Notes: generated from the letters alone by a model not told the origin. 64,000 bases of DNA from an uncultured Pelagibacteraceae bacterium (GCA_902582385.1 CACHRX010000001.1:24134-88133), one strand, 5' to 3'; positions 21,568-33,487 are shown, numbered from the stretch's first letter. Translations and numbers: made by a program.

Positions 21568-22500
21568 ATGAAAATTAATCTTGCAAATATTAAAAAAGCT
21601 AAAAAACTACTCAATAAATGTGAGTGTGTAGCCATACCTACGGAAACAGTTTATGGATTAGCTGGTAATGCCTACTCTGATAGTGCTTGCAAAAAAATAT
21701 TTAAACTTAAAAAAAGACCCAAAAATAATCCACTGATAGTGCATTATTACAATATTCAAAAATTAAAGGAAGATTGTAATTTTAATAATAACTTTCATAA
21801 ATTGTATAAAAGATTCTGTCCTGGACCGATTACATTTATTTTAAATCTAAAAAAAAATTCAAAAATATCTAAAATTGTAACCAATAAAAAAGGTGCTTTA
21901 GCTGTTAGATTCCCGAAACACCCCGTGGCAAGAAGTTTGTTAAAAAAATTGAGTTTTCCATTAGCCGCCCCAAGTGCAAATTTATCTTCAAAAGTTAGTG
22001 CAGTAAGTTCTGACAACGTTAGAGAAGATTTTGGTAAAAAAATCAAATATGTACTTGAAGGTGGAAAGTCATCTATAGGTCTTGAGTCTACAATAATTGA
22101 TATTAGAAATAGACCAAAGATTTTAAGGTTGGGTGGATTGGAAATCTCAGTTATTAAAAAAGTTTTAAAAAAAAAAATCTTAATAAAAACAAATCCTAAA
22201 AAAATTTCCTCTCCAGGTCAACTCAAAATCCATTATTCGCCAGGTATTCCTATTAGACTTAATGTAAAAAGAATTAAAAATAATGAAGCTTTTTTATTGT
22301 TTTCGAAAAAAAAAGAGAGAAAATCAAATTATTATTTTTTATCCCAAAAAGGTGATTTGAAAGAAGCAGCAAAAAATTTGTATATTACCTTGAGAAAGAT
22401 TAAAAAAAATAAATATAAATCTATTGCTGTCGGTAAAATTCCTAATAAAGGATTAGGTAAAACTATTAATGATAGATTAATTAGAGCGTCAAAATTCTAA
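21568..22500 (+). CDS. tsaC: Threonylcarbamoyl-AMP synthase (Sua5 type)
   Basis: PTETVYGL, KRPKNNPLIVH, APSAN, GLESTI, SPGQL..HYSP, INDRL.RA. Confidence 0.95.
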   Translation: MKINLANIKKAKKLLNKCECVAIPTETVYGLAGNAYSDSACKKIFKLKKRPKNNPLIVHYYNIQKLKEDCNFNNNFHKLYKRFCPGPITFILNLKKNSKISKIVTNKKGALAVRFPKHPVARSLLKKLSFPLAAPSANLSSKVSAVSSDNVREDFGKKIKYVLEGGKSSIGLESTIIDIRNRPKILRLGGLEISVIKKVLKKKILIKTNPKKISSPGQLKIHYSPGIPIRLNVKRIKNNEAFLLFSKKKERKSNYYFLSQKGDLKEAAKNLYITLRKIKKNKYKSIAVGKIPNKGLGKTINDRLIRASKF

Positions 22501-23228
22501 TGTTAACTCCACTAGAAGTAATTAAGTTATCAAAAGATTATAACGGCAAAGAAGCTGTGAAAAATATTTCTTTTAAAGTAAATAAAAGTGAAATTATTGG
22601 AATTCTTGGTCCTAATGGTTGTGGCAAAACTACTACGATTGGGATGATTTTGGGTTTATTAAAACCTTCATCTGGAAAAGTGCTTATAAATGGTAATGAG
22701 GTAGAACTTAAAAGAGTAGAATTATTAGATAATATAAATTTTATTTCACCTTATATTGAACTGCCAAAAAAGTTAACAATTAAACAAAATTTAGAAGTAT
22801 ATGGAAGACTTTATGATATCAAAAATATAAAATTTAAAATAAAAGATATTTCAGAAAAGCTCAGACTTGATAAGATTATAAATAAAATTACTGGTGAACT
22901 ATCTTCAGGCCAAAAAAATAGAGTGAGTCTAGCTAAATCAATTATTAATGATCCAAAAGTATTACTTCTTGATGAACCAACAGCATCTCTTGACCCTGAG
23001 ACTGGAGATTTTGTAAGAAGCTTTTTGGAGGATTATCAAAAAGAGAAAGGTGCTTCTATCTTACTTGCATCTCACAACATGGCAGAGGTAGAGAGATTGT
23101 GTTCATCTGTTCTCATGATGAAGAACGGAGTTATTATTGATCAAGGTAGTCCTTCAAAATTGATTGAAAGACATGGAAGAAAAAATATGGAAGAAGTTTT
23201 TTTAAAACTTGCGAGAAAAACAATATGA
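22500..23228 (+). CDS. ABC-2 exporter ATP-binding protein
   Basis: GPNGCGKTT, LSSGQ, LLLDEPT. Confidence 0.92.
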   Translation: MLTPLEVIKLSKDYNGKEAVKNISFKVNKSEIIGILGPNGCGKTTTIGMILGLLKPSSGKVLINGNEVELKRVELLDNINFISPYIELPKKLTIKQNLEVYGRLYDIKNIKFKIKDISEKLRLDKIINKITGELSSGQKNRVSLAKSIINDPKVLLLDEPTASLDPETGDFVRSFLEDYQKEKGASILLASHNMAEVERLCSSVLMMKNGVIIDQGSPSKLIERHGRKNMEEVFLKLARKTI

Positions 23229-24016
23229 ATTTAAATAAAATGTATGGTCTATTTCTTAGACATTTTTTCCTGATAAGAAGTTCATTGCCCAGAATTTTGG
23301 ACCTTATATACTGGCCTTCAATACAAATTATTCTTTGGGGTTTTATTTCAAAATTTTTTTCTATTTATAGTGATTATTATAATAATACTCTTGGAGTAAT
23401 TCTTACTTGTGCAATACTTTATGATATTCTTTTTAGATCAAGCATTAGTTTCAATATGCTCTTTCTAGAGGAAATTTGGAGTAGAAATTTCACAAATTTA
23501 TTTATAGCTCCTCTCAAAATTAAGGAGATAATAATTGCTTTAATATTCACTGCTTTAATACGTACATTGATTGGATTAGTGCCAGCAATTATTTTAACTT
23601 CTCCTTTGTTTGGTGTTTCAATTTTAAAATTAGGATTTCCATTACTTTTATTATTTTTAAGTTTATACATTTTTGGAATAACTTTAGGATTATTTGTTGT
23701 TGCAGGCCTTATTAGATTTGGTCCTTCTTTTGAAAATATTGCATGGTCGTCTCTTTTTTTATTAGCTCCTTTGGGCTGTATATATTATCCTATAGAGATT
23801 CTTCCTAATTTTTTCCAGATAGTAGCTAAAGGTTTGCCGCTAGTTTATATTTTTGATGAAACAAGAAATATCTTATTGAATGGTTTTATAAACTATGAAA
23901 ATTTAAAACAAGCTTATATATTAAATCTTATTTATTTAATTTGTGGAATCGGTTTATTTTATTTCTCTTTTTTGAAAGCGCGTATTAAAGGAACTTTAAT
24001 AAATATGGGTGAATAA
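23225..24016 (+). CDS. ABC-2 exporter permease
   Basis: About 6 hydrophobic segments, YYPIEILP motif; coupled to the ATPase by an ATGA overlap. Confidence 0.88.
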   Translation: MNLNKMYGLFLRHFFLIRSSLPRILDLIYWPSIQIILWGFISKFFSIYSDYYNNTLGVILTCAILYDILFRSSISFNMLFLEEIWSRNFTNLFIAPLKIKEIIIALIFTALIRTLIGLVPAIILTSPLFGVSILKLGFPLLLLFLSLYIFGITLGLFVVAGLIRFGPSFENIAWSSLFLLAPLGCIYYPIEILPNFFQIVAKGLPLVYIFDETRNILLNGFINYENLKQAYILNLIYLICGIGLFYFSFLKARIKGTLINMGE

Positions 24017-24093
24017 TGGTGCGCCTGCTAGGAGTCGAACCCAGAACCTCCTGATCCGAAGTCAGGCGCTCTATCCAGTTGAGCTACAAGCGC
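24017..24093 (-). tRNA. tRNA-Arg(UCG)
   Basis: GCGCTTG...CAGGCGC-A-CCA cloverleaf, 77 nt; anticodon arm CCTGA-CTTCGGA-TCAGG; A20-containing D loop. Confidence 0.96.
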
Positions 24094-24116
24094 GTATAAT
24101 ATTAATATAACATATT

Positions 24117-25097
24117 ATGAAAAAAAAAATAAAATTGATTGTAAAAGAAGATGATAAGGGACTTCGAGCGGATATTTTCATCAATAAAATAGAAAATCAA
24201 ATAAGTAGAACTAGGATCAAAAATTTGATTTTAGAAGGAAAATTAAAAATAAATAATAAAATTTTAAAAAGTCCGTCAAAAAGAATAAAACCTGGCGATA
24301 TCTTAAATTTAACAATACCTGAACCAAAAAAAAATTCTCTTAAGCCTTATAAATACAAGTTAGATATTATTTATGAAGATAAAGATTTAATTGTAATTAA
24401 TAAACCAGCTGGAATTGTTATGCATCCTGGTGCAGGAAATTTTGATAATACAATTGTAAATGCATTAATTAATTATGACAAAAACTCCCTTTCAAATATT
24501 GGTGATAAGTTGAGACCAGGAATAGTACATAGGATCGATAAAAATACATCTGGTTTAGTTATTATTGCAAAAAATAATGAAACACACGAAAACCTATCAG
24601 CTCAATTCAGTAAACATACTATTACAAGAGTTTATCAATTATTAATTTGGGGAAAGATTAGACCCTCTAAAGGAAAAATTAAGACTTTAATTACCAGAAG
24701 CTCTAAAAATAGACAAATGATGGAAGTAAGTAACACAAAAGGAAAGGAAGCAATTACTAATTATAAAACAATTGAAGTTTTTGAAAATAAAAATACTCCA
24801 ACTTTAAGTCTATTGGAATGCAAATTAGAAACAGGTAGAACTCACCAAATAAGAGTCCACATGAACTTTTTAGGTAATAGTATTGTGGGGGATGATAAAT
24901 ACAAAAAAAAGTTTAAAAAAATTAAAAATATCAAACCATTATTAGAAAAAAAATTAATGAATTTAAACAGGCAATTTCTTCACGCAAAAATTATTGGATT
25001 TATTCACCCTAAAAAAAAAAAGGAGATGATTTTTAATTCAATTTTGCCACAAGAGCTTGAGATAATTTTAAAAATCCTTAGAAATACTAGCAAATAA
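24117..25097 (+). CDS. rluD: RluA/RluD-family 23S rRNA pseudouridine synthase
   Basis: S4-like N-terminus, NKPAG, GIVHRIDKNTSG, LETGRTHQIRVH. Confidence 0.92.
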   Translation: MKKKIKLIVKEDDKGLRADIFINKIENQISRTRIKNLILEGKLKINNKILKSPSKRIKPGDILNLTIPEPKKNSLKPYKYKLDIIYEDKDLIVINKPAGIVMHPGAGNFDNTIVNALINYDKNSLSNIGDKLRPGIVHRIDKNTSGLVIIAKNNETHENLSAQFSKHTITRVYQLLIWGKIRPSKGKIKTLITRSSKNRQMMEVSNTKGKEAITNYKTIEVFENKNTPTLSLLECKLETGRTHQIRVHMNFLGNSIVGDDKYKKKFKKIKNIKPLLEKKLMNLNRQFLHAKIIGFIHPKKKKEMIFNSILPQELEIILKILRNTSK

Positions 25098-25137
25098 AAT
25101 ATTGAAATATTTAAAATATTAATTAGATAAGCTGTCT

Positions 25138-26031
25138 ATGACTATGGTTATAAATAATAATCTTCCCACTTTAAGTAATGAAGGTGGACTATCTGCTTAT
25201 CTTAATCAAATAAAAAAATTTCCAATGTTGGATGCAGAGGAGGAATATATGCTTGCAAAAAATTGGAAGACAACGGGAAATATTAAAGCAGCAGAAAAAT
25301 TGGTTACAAGTCATCTTAGATTAGTAGCAAAAATCGCTATGGGATATAAAGGTTATGGTTTACCAGTTAATGAAATGATTTCGGAGGGGAATGTTGGTTT
25401 AATGCAAGCTGTAAAAAAGTTTGAGCCTGAAAAAGGATTCAGGCTTGCTACGTATGCGATGTGGTGGATAAAAGCGTCAATTCAAGAATATATTTTAAGG
25501 TCATGGAGTTTAGTTAAAATTGGTACTACTACTGCTCAAAAAAAATTATTTTTTAATCTTAAGAAGTTGAAGAATCAAATTGCACCTCAATCTGAAGGTG
25601 ATCTAAGAAATGAACATGTTAGTGAGATAGCTGATAAACTTGATGTCAGTAAAGAAGAGGTTGTTTCAATGAACAGAAGATTATCAGGAAAAGAATTTTC
25701 ATTAAATGCACAGGTAGGTGAAGATGGTGATGAATGGCAAGATTGGTTGGTAGACAAAGAATTAGATCATGATCTAAAGTTTGCTCATCAAGAAGAAATG
25801 GAACAAAGAAAAGATTTATTAAAAAGTTCTGTTAAAGTCCTAAATGAGAGGGAAAGAGAAATTTTATACTCGAGAAGGTTAAATGATAACCCTACTACTT
25901 TAGAGGATTTAAGTAAAAAATACAAAATTAGCAGAGAAAGAGTAAGACAAATTGAAAATAAGGCTTTTGAAAAATTACAAAAGCATATGTTGCTTTTAGC
26001 TAAATCAAAAAATTTATTACCAGTAAATTAA
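25138..26031 (+). CDS. rpoH: RNA polymerase sigma-32 factor
   Basis: SHLRLV, RpoH box [18 protein letters not shown]; rluD-rpoH order. Confidence 0.96.
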   Translation: MTMVINNNLPTLSNEGGLSAYLNQIKKFPMLDAEEEYMLAKNWKTTGNIKAAEKLVTSHLRLVAKIAMGYKGYGLPVNEMISEGNVGLMQAVKKFEPEKGFRLATYAMWWIKASIQEYILRSWSLVKIGTTTAQKKLFFNLKKLKNQIAPQSEGDLRNEHVSEIADKLDVSKEEVVSMNRRLSGKEFSLNAQVGEDGDEWQDWLVDKELDHDLKFAHQEEMEQRKDLLKSSVKVLNEREREILYSRRLNDNPTTLEDLSKKYKISRERVRQIENKAFEKLQKHMLLLAKSKNLLPVN

Positions 26032-27320
26032 ATTTCAAAAGGATTTTCAATAAGTATTGTATCCTCTCGCTCAGGGCTAGTTGAAACACTTGATATTTTA
26101 CACCCTATAAAGTCTTCAATAGCATAAATATAGTTTTTGGCATTCTCAGGAAGATTTTCAATATTCTTAAGTCCATTTGTAGATGTTTTCCATCCAGGAA
26201 AAGTTTTATATATAGGTTTTATTTTCAATTGATCTTCCACCGCAGCTGGTAAATAGTCAATTTTTTTTCCATCAAGATCATATTGAACACACATCTTAAT
26301 TTCATCTAGTTCATCTAAAACATCCAGTTTTGTCAATGCTATTCCATCAATTCCTGAAATTTTAATTGTCTGTCTTACTAAAACTCCGTCAAACCAGCCA
26401 CATCTTCTTTTGCGACTCGTCACTGTTCCAAATTCTTTACCTCTAGTACCGAGTAATTCACCAATATCATTTTCTAATTCTGTTGGAAATGGACCTTCGC
26501 CTACCCTAGTTGTGTAAGCTTTTGTAATTCCTAAAACGTAATTAATAGAATTCACTCCACAACCAGTGCCAGTTGCTGCACTAGATGCAACAGTGTTAGA
26601 AGATGTAACAAATGGATAAGTTCCGTGATCGACATCCAATAAAATACCCTGAGCCCCTTCGAACAAAATCTTTTTTTTTTGCTTTTTAAATTGATCAATC
26701 TTTAACCACACAGGTTGAGAAAATTTCAAAATTTCAGGAGCAATTTTTAATAAATCTTTTTTCAATTGGTCTTTTTGAAAAATTTTTTTTCCCAATCCTT
26801 TTCTAATAGCATTGTGATGCAATAAAACTGACTCCAGCCTTTGATCTAAGTTATTTTCTGATCTTAAATCCATTACTCTAATTGATCTTCTTCCAACTTT
26901 ATCCTCGTATGCAGGGCCTATACCTCTTCTTGTTGTTCCTAATTTTCCTTTACCTGCAGCATCCTCTCTAATTTCGTCCATTTCTCTGTGAAATGGTAAT
27001 ATCAAATTTGCAGACTCAGAAATTATTAAATTCTCAATATCAACTTTAACTCCTTTTGATTTAATTTCTTCAATTTCTTCTAATAATGCCCATGGATCAA
27101 CTACAACTCCATTTCCTATTATAGAAATTTTATCTTTTCTAACTATTCCTGATGGTAGTAATCTAAGTTTATAAGTTATTCCATCTATTACTAGAGTGTG
27201 GCCTGCATTATGGCCACCTTGAAATCTGACTACAATGTCTGCTTGCTCAGAAAGCCAGTCGACTATTTTACCTTTTCCTTCATCTCCCCATTGAGAGCCA
27301 ACAACAACGACATTTTTCAT
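26028..27320 (-). CDS. purA: Adenylosuccinate synthetase
   Basis: [29 protein letters not shown]. Confidence 0.98.
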   Translation of the reverse strand: MKNVVVVGSQWGDEGKGKIVDWLSEQADIVVRFQGGHNAGHTLVIDGITYKLRLLPSGIVRKDKISIIGNGVVVDPWALLEEIEEIKSKGVKVDIENLIISESANLILPFHREMDEIREDAAGKGKLGTTRRGIGPAYEDKVGRRSIRVMDLRSENNLDQRLESVLLHHNAIRKGLGKKIFQKDQLKKDLLKIAPEILKFSQPVWLKIDQFKKQKKKILFEGAQGILLDVDHGTYPFVTSSNTVASSAATGTGCGVNSINYVLGITKAYTTRVGEGPFPTELENDIGELLGTRGKEFGTVTSRKRRCGWFDGVLVRQTIKISGIDGIALTKLDVLDELDEIKMCVQYDLDGKKIDYLPAAVEDQLKIKPIYKTFPGWKTSTNGLKNIENLPENAKNYIYAIEDFIGCKISSVSTSPEREDTILIENPFEI

Positions 27321-28132
27321 TATTTAAATTTTTTATCTATTTTCACTGAATTGAGATGATTAATTGGACCATGGCCTTTTCCATATTTAGGGTTAGTTAA
27401 TATAGCTGAATTTACATATTTAATTCCTTGCTCACAAGCTTTCTTAATACTTTTTCCACATGAAAAAAAAGTTGTTATAGCACTAGACAAAGTACAACCA
27501 GTACCGTGGGTATTTTTAGTATTATGTCTCAAACTTCTAAAAACTTTATAACCTAATTTATTAAAAAAAATATCTTCTACTTTTTTTAATTTTATATGTC
27601 CTCCTTTTATTAATACATTTTTAGCCCCTAAATTTATCAATTCATTTCCTGCATTAATCATGTCCTCTTTATTTTTTATTTTAATCCCAGTAAGGATTTC
27701 AGCTTCAGGAATATTAGGGGTTATTAAAGTTACTTGATTTATAAGGTTTTTTTTTAAAATTTGTATTGCATTATTATTAATTAATTTTGCTCCTCCTTTT
27801 GCAATCATAACTGGATCTAAAATTATTTTTTTAACTTTTATTTTTTTTATAGACTCAACAACTTTTTTAACTACTTCTGAGGAATGAAGCATTCCAATCT
27901 TAATAGCATCAGGTTTTATATCTTTTGATGTAAAAATAATTTGATTTTTTATTTCATTAGCAGGTATAGATATAACAGATTTTACCCCCTGGGTATTCTG
28001 TACAGTTACAGCTGTTATAGCAGTCATTGCATAGGATCCTAAGGTCGTAACAGTTTTAATATCTGCCTGGATCCCTGCCCCTCCAGAAGAATCTGAACCT
28101 GCAATGATCAAAATTTTAGATTTTGGCTTCAA
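27320..28132 (-). CDS. thiD: Hydroxymethylpyrimidine/phosphomethylpyrimidine kinase
   Basis: [35 protein letters not shown]; probable TTG start at 28132 directly after the glmM stop. Confidence 0.94.
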   Translation of the reverse strand: MKPKSKILIIAGSDSSGGAGIQADIKTVTTLGSYAMTAITAVTVQNTQGVKSVISIPANEIKNQIIFTSKDIKPDAIKIGMLHSSEVVKKVVESIKKIKVKKIILDPVMIAKGGAKLINNNAIQILKKNLINQVTLITPNIPEAEILTGIKIKNKEDMINAGNELINLGAKNVLIKGGHIKLKKVEDIFFNKLGYKVFRSLRHNTKNTHGTGCTLSSAITTFFSCGKSIKKACEQGIKYVNSAILTNPKYGKGHGPINHLNSVKIDKKFK

Positions 28133-28133
28133 T

Positions 28134-29459
28134 TTAATTAATTGTTTTAGTAATAGTTTTAATGCACTTGTTAAGTAAAGATTTATTTTTACTTTCACCC
28201 ATAATTCTTATTTTTGGCTCAGTTCCTGATTTTCTGACAAGTATCCTCCCTTGATATTTTATTAATCTATTAGCAAATGTTATTGCATTTTTCACAGATG
28301 ATTTTTTAAGTATTTCGTCTTCTTTAATTTTAATATTTTTTAATACTTGTGGTATTTTTTCAAAAACATCAAAAAAAATACTGGCTTTTACTTTATTACT
28401 CAATGCTTGAATGATTTCCAAAGCAACTAAAAGGCCATCTCCTGTTGTTGCAAATTTTCCAAGAATTATATGTCCAGATTGTTCACCTCCTAAATTAAAT
28501 TTCTTCTTTTGCATTACTTCTTTGACATACCTATCCCCAACATTGGCTCTGATAAATTTAATTTTTTTACTCTTAAAAAACTTCTCTAGTCCGTAATTAG
28601 ACATCAAAGTCCCCACTACACCTCCTTTAAGTATTTTTTTTTTTTTCCATTGAAGTGCCAGTGCTGCTATAATCTGATCACCGTCAATTATTGATCCTCT
28701 CTCGTCACACATTATTATTCTATCAGCATCTCCGTCTAAAGAAATACCTAAATCGGCTTTATATTTCTTAACTGATCTTTGGAGCTTTTTTGGAAAAGTT
28801 GACCCACAATTTTTGTTAATATTAAAACCATTAGGTTTATTGCCAATTACTATAAGTTTAGCACCAAGAGATTTGATCATTTTCGGTGCTGATTTGTATC
28901 CTGCTCCATTAGCACAATCTAAAACTATTTTCATATTTTTTAATTTAAAATTTTTAGGAATTTTTTTTTTAAGAATTTTAATATAATCATCTGTACCACT
29001 CTCTAATCTTTTAACTCTCCCTAAAAGTCTTGGTTTAGATAGGTGTTTTTCAACTTTACTGTCAATTAAATTCTCAATTTTTTTTTGAATTTTATCAGAT
29101 AATTTAAGCCCATCAGGGCCAAATAATTTTAATCCATTATCAAAATACAAATTATGTGATGCTGTTATCATAATCCCTAAATTAGCATTCATTGATTTTG
29201 TTAACATTGCTAAACCATTTGTTGGTAATGGCCCTAAAGTATAAACGTGCATTCCAGCTGACGCTAATCCAGACACTAATGCTGGTTCAAGTGCATACCC
29301 TGAAAGTCTTGTGTCTTTAGCTATTATTGCAGTTTGTTTTTTTTTTTTTAAATTTGTAAAATATTTTCCAGCAGCTAAACCAAATTTAAAAAACATATCG
29401 CCATTAATATTGTTGCTATTTACTTGTCCTCTTATTCCATCAGTTCCAAAGTATTTCAT
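28134..29459 (-). CDS. glmM: Phosphoglucosamine mutase
   Basis: FGTDGIRG, ITASHN, DGDADR, GGEQSGH, RKSGTEP. Confidence 0.96.
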   Translation of the reverse strand: MKYFGTDGIRGQVNSNNINGDMFFKFGLAAGKYFTNLKKKKQTAIIAKDTRLSGYALEPALVSGLASAGMHVYTLGPLPTNGLAMLTKSMNANLGIMITASHNLYFDNGLKLFGPDGLKLSDKIQKKIENLIDSKVEKHLSKPRLLGRVKRLESGTDDYIKILKKKIPKNFKLKNMKIVLDCANGAGYKSAPKMIKSLGAKLIVIGNKPNGFNINKNCGSTFPKKLQRSVKKYKADLGISLDGDADRIIMCDERGSIIDGDQIIAALALQWKKKKILKGGVVGTLMSNYGLEKFFKSKKIKFIRANVGDRYVKEVMQKKKFNLGGEQSGHIILGKFATTGDGLLVALEIIQALSNKVKASIFFDVFEKIPQVLKNIKIKEDEILKKSSVKNAITFANRLIKYQGRILVRKSGTEPKIRIMGESKNKSLLNKCIKTITKTIN

Positions 29460-29461
29460 TT

Positions 29462-30511
29462 CTATTTTATTAATTCCCTAAATACCTTAATACTTTGTTT
29501 TATTTCATTAACATCATGAACTCTTAATAGTTGAACACCTTGCATCATAGCATAAATACCTGAGCTGACTGTACCACCTATTCTTAAAGTACTATCATTA
29601 TTATTAGATAGTTCTTTAATAAATCTTTTTCTAGACACCCCAAGTAATATAGGCAATCCTAATGAATGGTAAATCGATATATTCTTGATTATCGTAATAT
29701 TATGTTTCAAATTTTTTCCAAAACCTATCCCTGGATCTAAAATAATATTATTATGATTGATGCCTACTTTTCTTAGAAATTTAATTTTTTCCTCAAAAAA
29801 ATCATAAATATCTAATAATACATTCTTATATTTTGGATTATTCTGCATGACATCAGGATTTCCAAGAGAATGGTGAATAACAAAAGGTACCTTATATTTC
29901 TTTAAAATATGAATCGAATTTTTGTCATAATTTAAACCTGAAACATCATTTATCAATTTTACCCCAGATTTAATTCCTTTTTCCATTATACTAGATTTTC
30001 TTGAGTCTAAAGATATTACTTTTTTTTTGTTAATATTTTTGAGAATATTCTTTATTCTATTCCACTCAATTTTTGAGCTAATAGGTTTAGAACCAGGTCT
30101 GGTTGACTCTCCACCTATGTCGACTAAATCAGCACCTTTTTTAAAAAGGTATTCCAATTGTTTTTTGGCTAAGTTATTTTTATTATATTTTCCTCCATCA
30201 GAAAAACTATCAGGTGTAACATTTAAAACTCCCATGATACTTGGAGTATTTTTCAAACTTAGGTTCTTGAAATTTTTTTTACGTTTTGTAATAATTTTAA
30301 TATCTTTTTTAACAATTTTTTTAATTTTATTAGATAAGATATTAATTTGATGGATAGAAATTCTTTTTAAAGATTTTCTTGTTATTACTTCTACTTTATC
30401 AAAAGAAATATTTTCATTACCATTTAATGGTAATGTTTTTTTTTGTCTAATTAATAATTTAGATCTTGATCCATAGTAGAAATTACACACTCTTGTGTAA
30501 TATCTGGTCAT
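29462..30511 (-). CDS. folP: Dihydropteroate synthase with N-terminal extension
   Basis: NVTPDSFSDGG, GGESTRPG, DPGIGFGK, SRKRF, RVHDV. Confidence 0.96.
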   Translation of the reverse strand: MTRYYTRVCNFYYGSRSKLLIRQKKTLPLNGNENISFDKVEVITRKSLKRISIHQINILSNKIKKIVKKDIKIITKRKKNFKNLSLKNTPSIMGVLNVTPDSFSDGGKYNKNNLAKKQLEYLFKKGADLVDIGGESTRPGSKPISSKIEWNRIKNILKNINKKKVISLDSRKSSIMEKGIKSGVKLINDVSGLNYDKNSIHILKKYKVPFVIHHSLGNPDVMQNNPKYKNVLLDIYDFFEEKIKFLRKVGINHNNIILDPGIGFGKNLKHNITIIKNISIYHSLGLPILLGVSRKRFIKELSNNNDSTLRIGGTVSSGIYAMMQGVQLLRVHDVNEIKQSIKVFRELIK

Positions 30512-30516
30512 TAAAA

Positions 30517-32418
30517 TTAATGAACAATTTTAGGTTTAAGGCCCAGTGCACCCATAGCGGATCCTTTATCTTCTTCAACTTTTAAATCCTGTTTATCTTT
30601 TGGATAAACATTTTTGTTAATTATGTCTTCAATTTCTTCACCAGTTAAAGTTTCATAAGTTATAAGAGCCTTAGCAATTTTATGTAAATCATCAATTTTA
30701 TCAGTTAAAATTTCCTTTGCTTTATTGTATCCTTCATCAACTAATTTTCTTATTTCTTTATCTATTTTTTTTGCAACTTCTTCAGAAACCGATTGGGTTT
30801 GAGTTACAGATCTCCCTAAAAAAACTTCTTCCTGATTTTCTCCATACTCAACTGGTCCCATTTCTTCACTCATTCCGTACTTTGTAACCATAGCTCTAGC
30901 TAGTTGAGTTGCTTGATTAATATCTGATCCACTTCCACCTCCAGCTCCTGTAGATATATTGTCTTTTCCAAAAATTACTTCCTCAGCAACTCTTCCACCA
31001 AAACATACCGCTAGTCTCGCTTTAAGATATTTGATTGAATGGCCATGTTTATCTCTTTCAGGTAAGTTCATAACCATACCTAATGCTCTGCCTCTTGGAA
31101 TAATTGTTGCTTTATGTATAGGATCGTAACTAGGCATATTAAAAGATACTAAGGCATGTCCTCCTTCATGATAGGCTGTTAATTTTTTTTCATCTTCAGT
31201 CATTACCATAGAACGTCTTTCTGCTCCCATCATAACTTTATCTTTAGCTTCTTCAAACTCGTTTAAGGTAACAATTCTTTTATTTTTTCTTGCAGCTAAT
31301 AAAGCTGACTCATTGACTAAATTTGCAAGATCTGCACCCGAAAATCCTGGTGTACCCCTTGCAATAGTTCTTAAATTTACATCCGGAGCCATTTTGATCT
31401 TTTTAACATGAACTTTTAATATTTTTTCTCTACCAATAATATCAGGATTAGAAACTACAACTTGTCTATCAAATCTACCTGGTCTTAATAGTGCGGGATC
31501 TAAAACATCTGGTCTGTTAGTTGCAGCAATTATAATTACACCTTCATTAGTATCAAAACCGTCCATTTCAACAAGAAGTTGGTTTAGTGTTTGCTCCCTT
31601 TCATCGTTTCCACCTCCAAGACCTGCTCCTCTACTTCTACCTACAGCATCAATTTCATCAATAAAAATTATACAAGGAGAATTCTTTTTTCCCTGTTCGA
31701 ACATATCCCTTACTCTAGAAGCCCCAACCCCAACGAACATTTCTACAAAATCTGAACCTGATATAGTGAAGAATGGAACACCTGCTTCTCCAGCTATAGC
31801 TCTGGCAAGTAAAGTTTTTCCTGTACCTGGAGGTCCCACTAACAAAGCTCCCCTTGGAATTTTTCCTCCAAGTCTACTAAATTTTTTTGGGTCTTTTAAA
31901 AATTCAACTATCTCCTCTACTTCTTCTTTGGCTTCCTCTACACCTGCTACATCATTGAATGTAACTTTGCCTTTCATTTCATTCATCATTTTTGCTTTTG
32001 ATCTACCGAAACCCATTGCTCCGCCCTTACCGCCTTGCATCTGTCTCATAAAAAATATCCAAACAGCAATTAGCAATAACATCGGGAACCATGAAAGCAA
32101 AACCCCAAATAATGATGGCATCTTCTCTTCGATAGGAGCAGCAGAAATACTAACTCCCATATCTGAAAGTTTTTCAATTAAGTTTGGATCGTTAGGTGAA
32201 TAAGTAGAAAAATTATCACCATTTGAATATACTCCATTTATATTGTTACCTTGAATTTCAACTTTTAAAACTTCACCTTTTTCAACAGAAGTTAAGAAAT
32301 CAGAAAATATTATTTGATTATTGCCTCTTACATTTGATTGGGGATTTTTAAACATATTGTAGAGTCCAATAGTTAAAAAAACTATCATAGCCCACATCGC
32401 AAGATTTTTTAAATTCAT
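30517..32418 (-). CDS. ftsH: ATP-dependent zinc metalloprotease FtsH
   Basis: Two TM segments, [25 protein letters not shown]. Confidence 0.98.
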   Translation of the reverse strand: MNLKNLAMWAMIVFLTIGLYNMFKNPQSNVRGNNQIIFSDFLTSVEKGEVLKVEIQGNNINGVYSNGDNFSTYSPNDPNLIEKLSDMGVSISAAPIEEKMPSLFGVLLSWFPMLLLIAVWIFFMRQMQGGKGGAMGFGRSKAKMMNEMKGKVTFNDVAGVEEAKEEVEEIVEFLKDPKKFSRLGGKIPRGALLVGPPGTGKTLLARAIAGEAGVPFFTISGSDFVEMFVGVGASRVRDMFEQGKKNSPCIIFIDEIDAVGRSRGAGLGGGNDEREQTLNQLLVEMDGFDTNEGVIIIAATNRPDVLDPALLRPGRFDRQVVVSNPDIIGREKILKVHVKKIKMAPDVNLRTIARGTPGFSGADLANLVNESALLAARKNKRIVTLNEFEEAKDKVMMGAERRSMVMTEDEKKLTAYHEGGHALVSFNMPSYDPIHKATIIPRGRALGMVMNLPERDKHGHSIKYLKARLAVCFGGRVAEEVIFGKDNISTGAGGGSGSDINQATQLARAMVTKYGMSEEMGPVEYGENQEEVFLGRSVTQTQSVSEEVAKKIDKEIRKLVDEGYNKAKEILTDKIDDLHKIAKALITYETLTGEEIEDIINKNVYPKDKQDLKVEEDKGSAMGALGLKPKIVH

Positions 32419-32425
32419 GTTTATA

Positions 32426-32453
32426 AGATAAGAATTATTACAAATTAAACAAG
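32426..32453 (-). promoter_or_regulatory. Putative RpoH-type leaderless promoter of ftsH
   Basis: CTTG-17 nt-CTTATCT, then 7 nt to the ATG. Confidence 0.5.
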
Positions 32454-32461
32454 TGTGAAAA

Positions 32462-33487
32462 TTAGCATTCTTTGGAAAGAATCACTGTTTGATTAAGTTT
32501 TTTTATGACGCAACCCCCCAAAGTAGCTTTATTGAAACTATTATCTTGAATTTTTTGCAATATATAATCGATTTTTTTACCCCTAACTGCATTGTATTTG
32601 CCTCCAATTAATTTAATTGAATCTGAAAATGATCTAAAAATTACTTCATAGGGGTGTTTAAAAAAATGTTTATTCAAAATTAATTCCTTTTTTTTCTTAT
32701 TAAAGAACAAGTTTAATCTTTTATTTTGATCTACATAAAACGATAATGCCTTATTTGATTTTTTTAGATTTCCTAGAGTCAAAAAAAGTTTATCTTTACC
32801 AAACCCATTAATCTGAAATTCATTTATTAATTTTCTGACTCTGATCCTGGTAAATTTAGTATCTTCATTAGACGGGTCTTTAACAAAAAAATTGAATACA
32901 AAATTTGAAATATATATCAAATCTTCTTTTTTAAAATCAAGTAAAGGCCTAATTAAATTTATCTTATTTAATTCAGTTTTTTTTTCTAAAGATGTAAGCC
33001 CTTTTAAACCACTTCCTCTAAGTATTCTGATAAAAAAGTTCTCAAATACATCATCTAAGTGATGACCTAAAATGATATTCTTAATTTGCAATTTTTTACA
33101 TTTCATAGATAATAATTCATATCTTTTTTTTCTTGCCAATGATTGAATATTTTTTGAAGGTTTTTTCCCATTCCAAGTTAAAATCTCAGAATTTATACCA
33201 AAATTACTTAGACACTTTTTAACTTGTTCTGCCTCAATAGTTGATTCTTTTCTAAGTTTGTGATCAACAATAATACATTTACTATTAATATTATTTTTAA
33301 TTGAGTAAATTTTAGTCAAAAAAGCAAGTGCTAAACTATCTGGGCCTCCAGAAACTGCTACGATAAATTTATCTTGAATTTTGAATTCTTTTTCAAAAAA
33401 ATTAAATAAACGGTTAATCTTTTTATTAAGCAACTTTTTTTTTAAAACTCTAGGAATTTTGTTTGCATTCAAATTTTTGAGACTCAT
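32462..33487 (-). CDS. tilS: tRNA(Ile)-lysidine synthetase
   Basis: [27 protein letters not shown]; start set at MSLKN. Confidence 0.94.
   Translation of the reverse strand: MSLKNLNANKIPRVLKKKLLNKKINRLFNFFEKEFKIQDKFIVAVSGGPDSLALAFLTKIYSIKNNINSKCIIVDHKLRKESTIEAEQVKKCLSNFGINSEILTWNGKKPSKNIQSLARKKRYELLSMKCKKLQIKNIILGHHLDDVFENFFIRILRGSGLKGLTSLEKKTELNKINLIRPLLDFKKEDLIYISNFVFNFFVKDPSNEDTKFTRIRVRKLINEFQINGFGKDKLFLTLGNLKKSNKALSFYVDQNKRLNLFFNKKKKELILNKHFFKHPYEVIFRSFSDSIKLIGGKYNAVRGKKIDYILQKIQDNSFNKATLGGCVIKKLNQTVILSKEC

Noticed and set aside
30240-30511. About 85-aa N-terminal extension on FolP
   Set aside because: Similar extensions occur in other alphaproteobacterial FolP as far as I recall; no separate domain is recognisable
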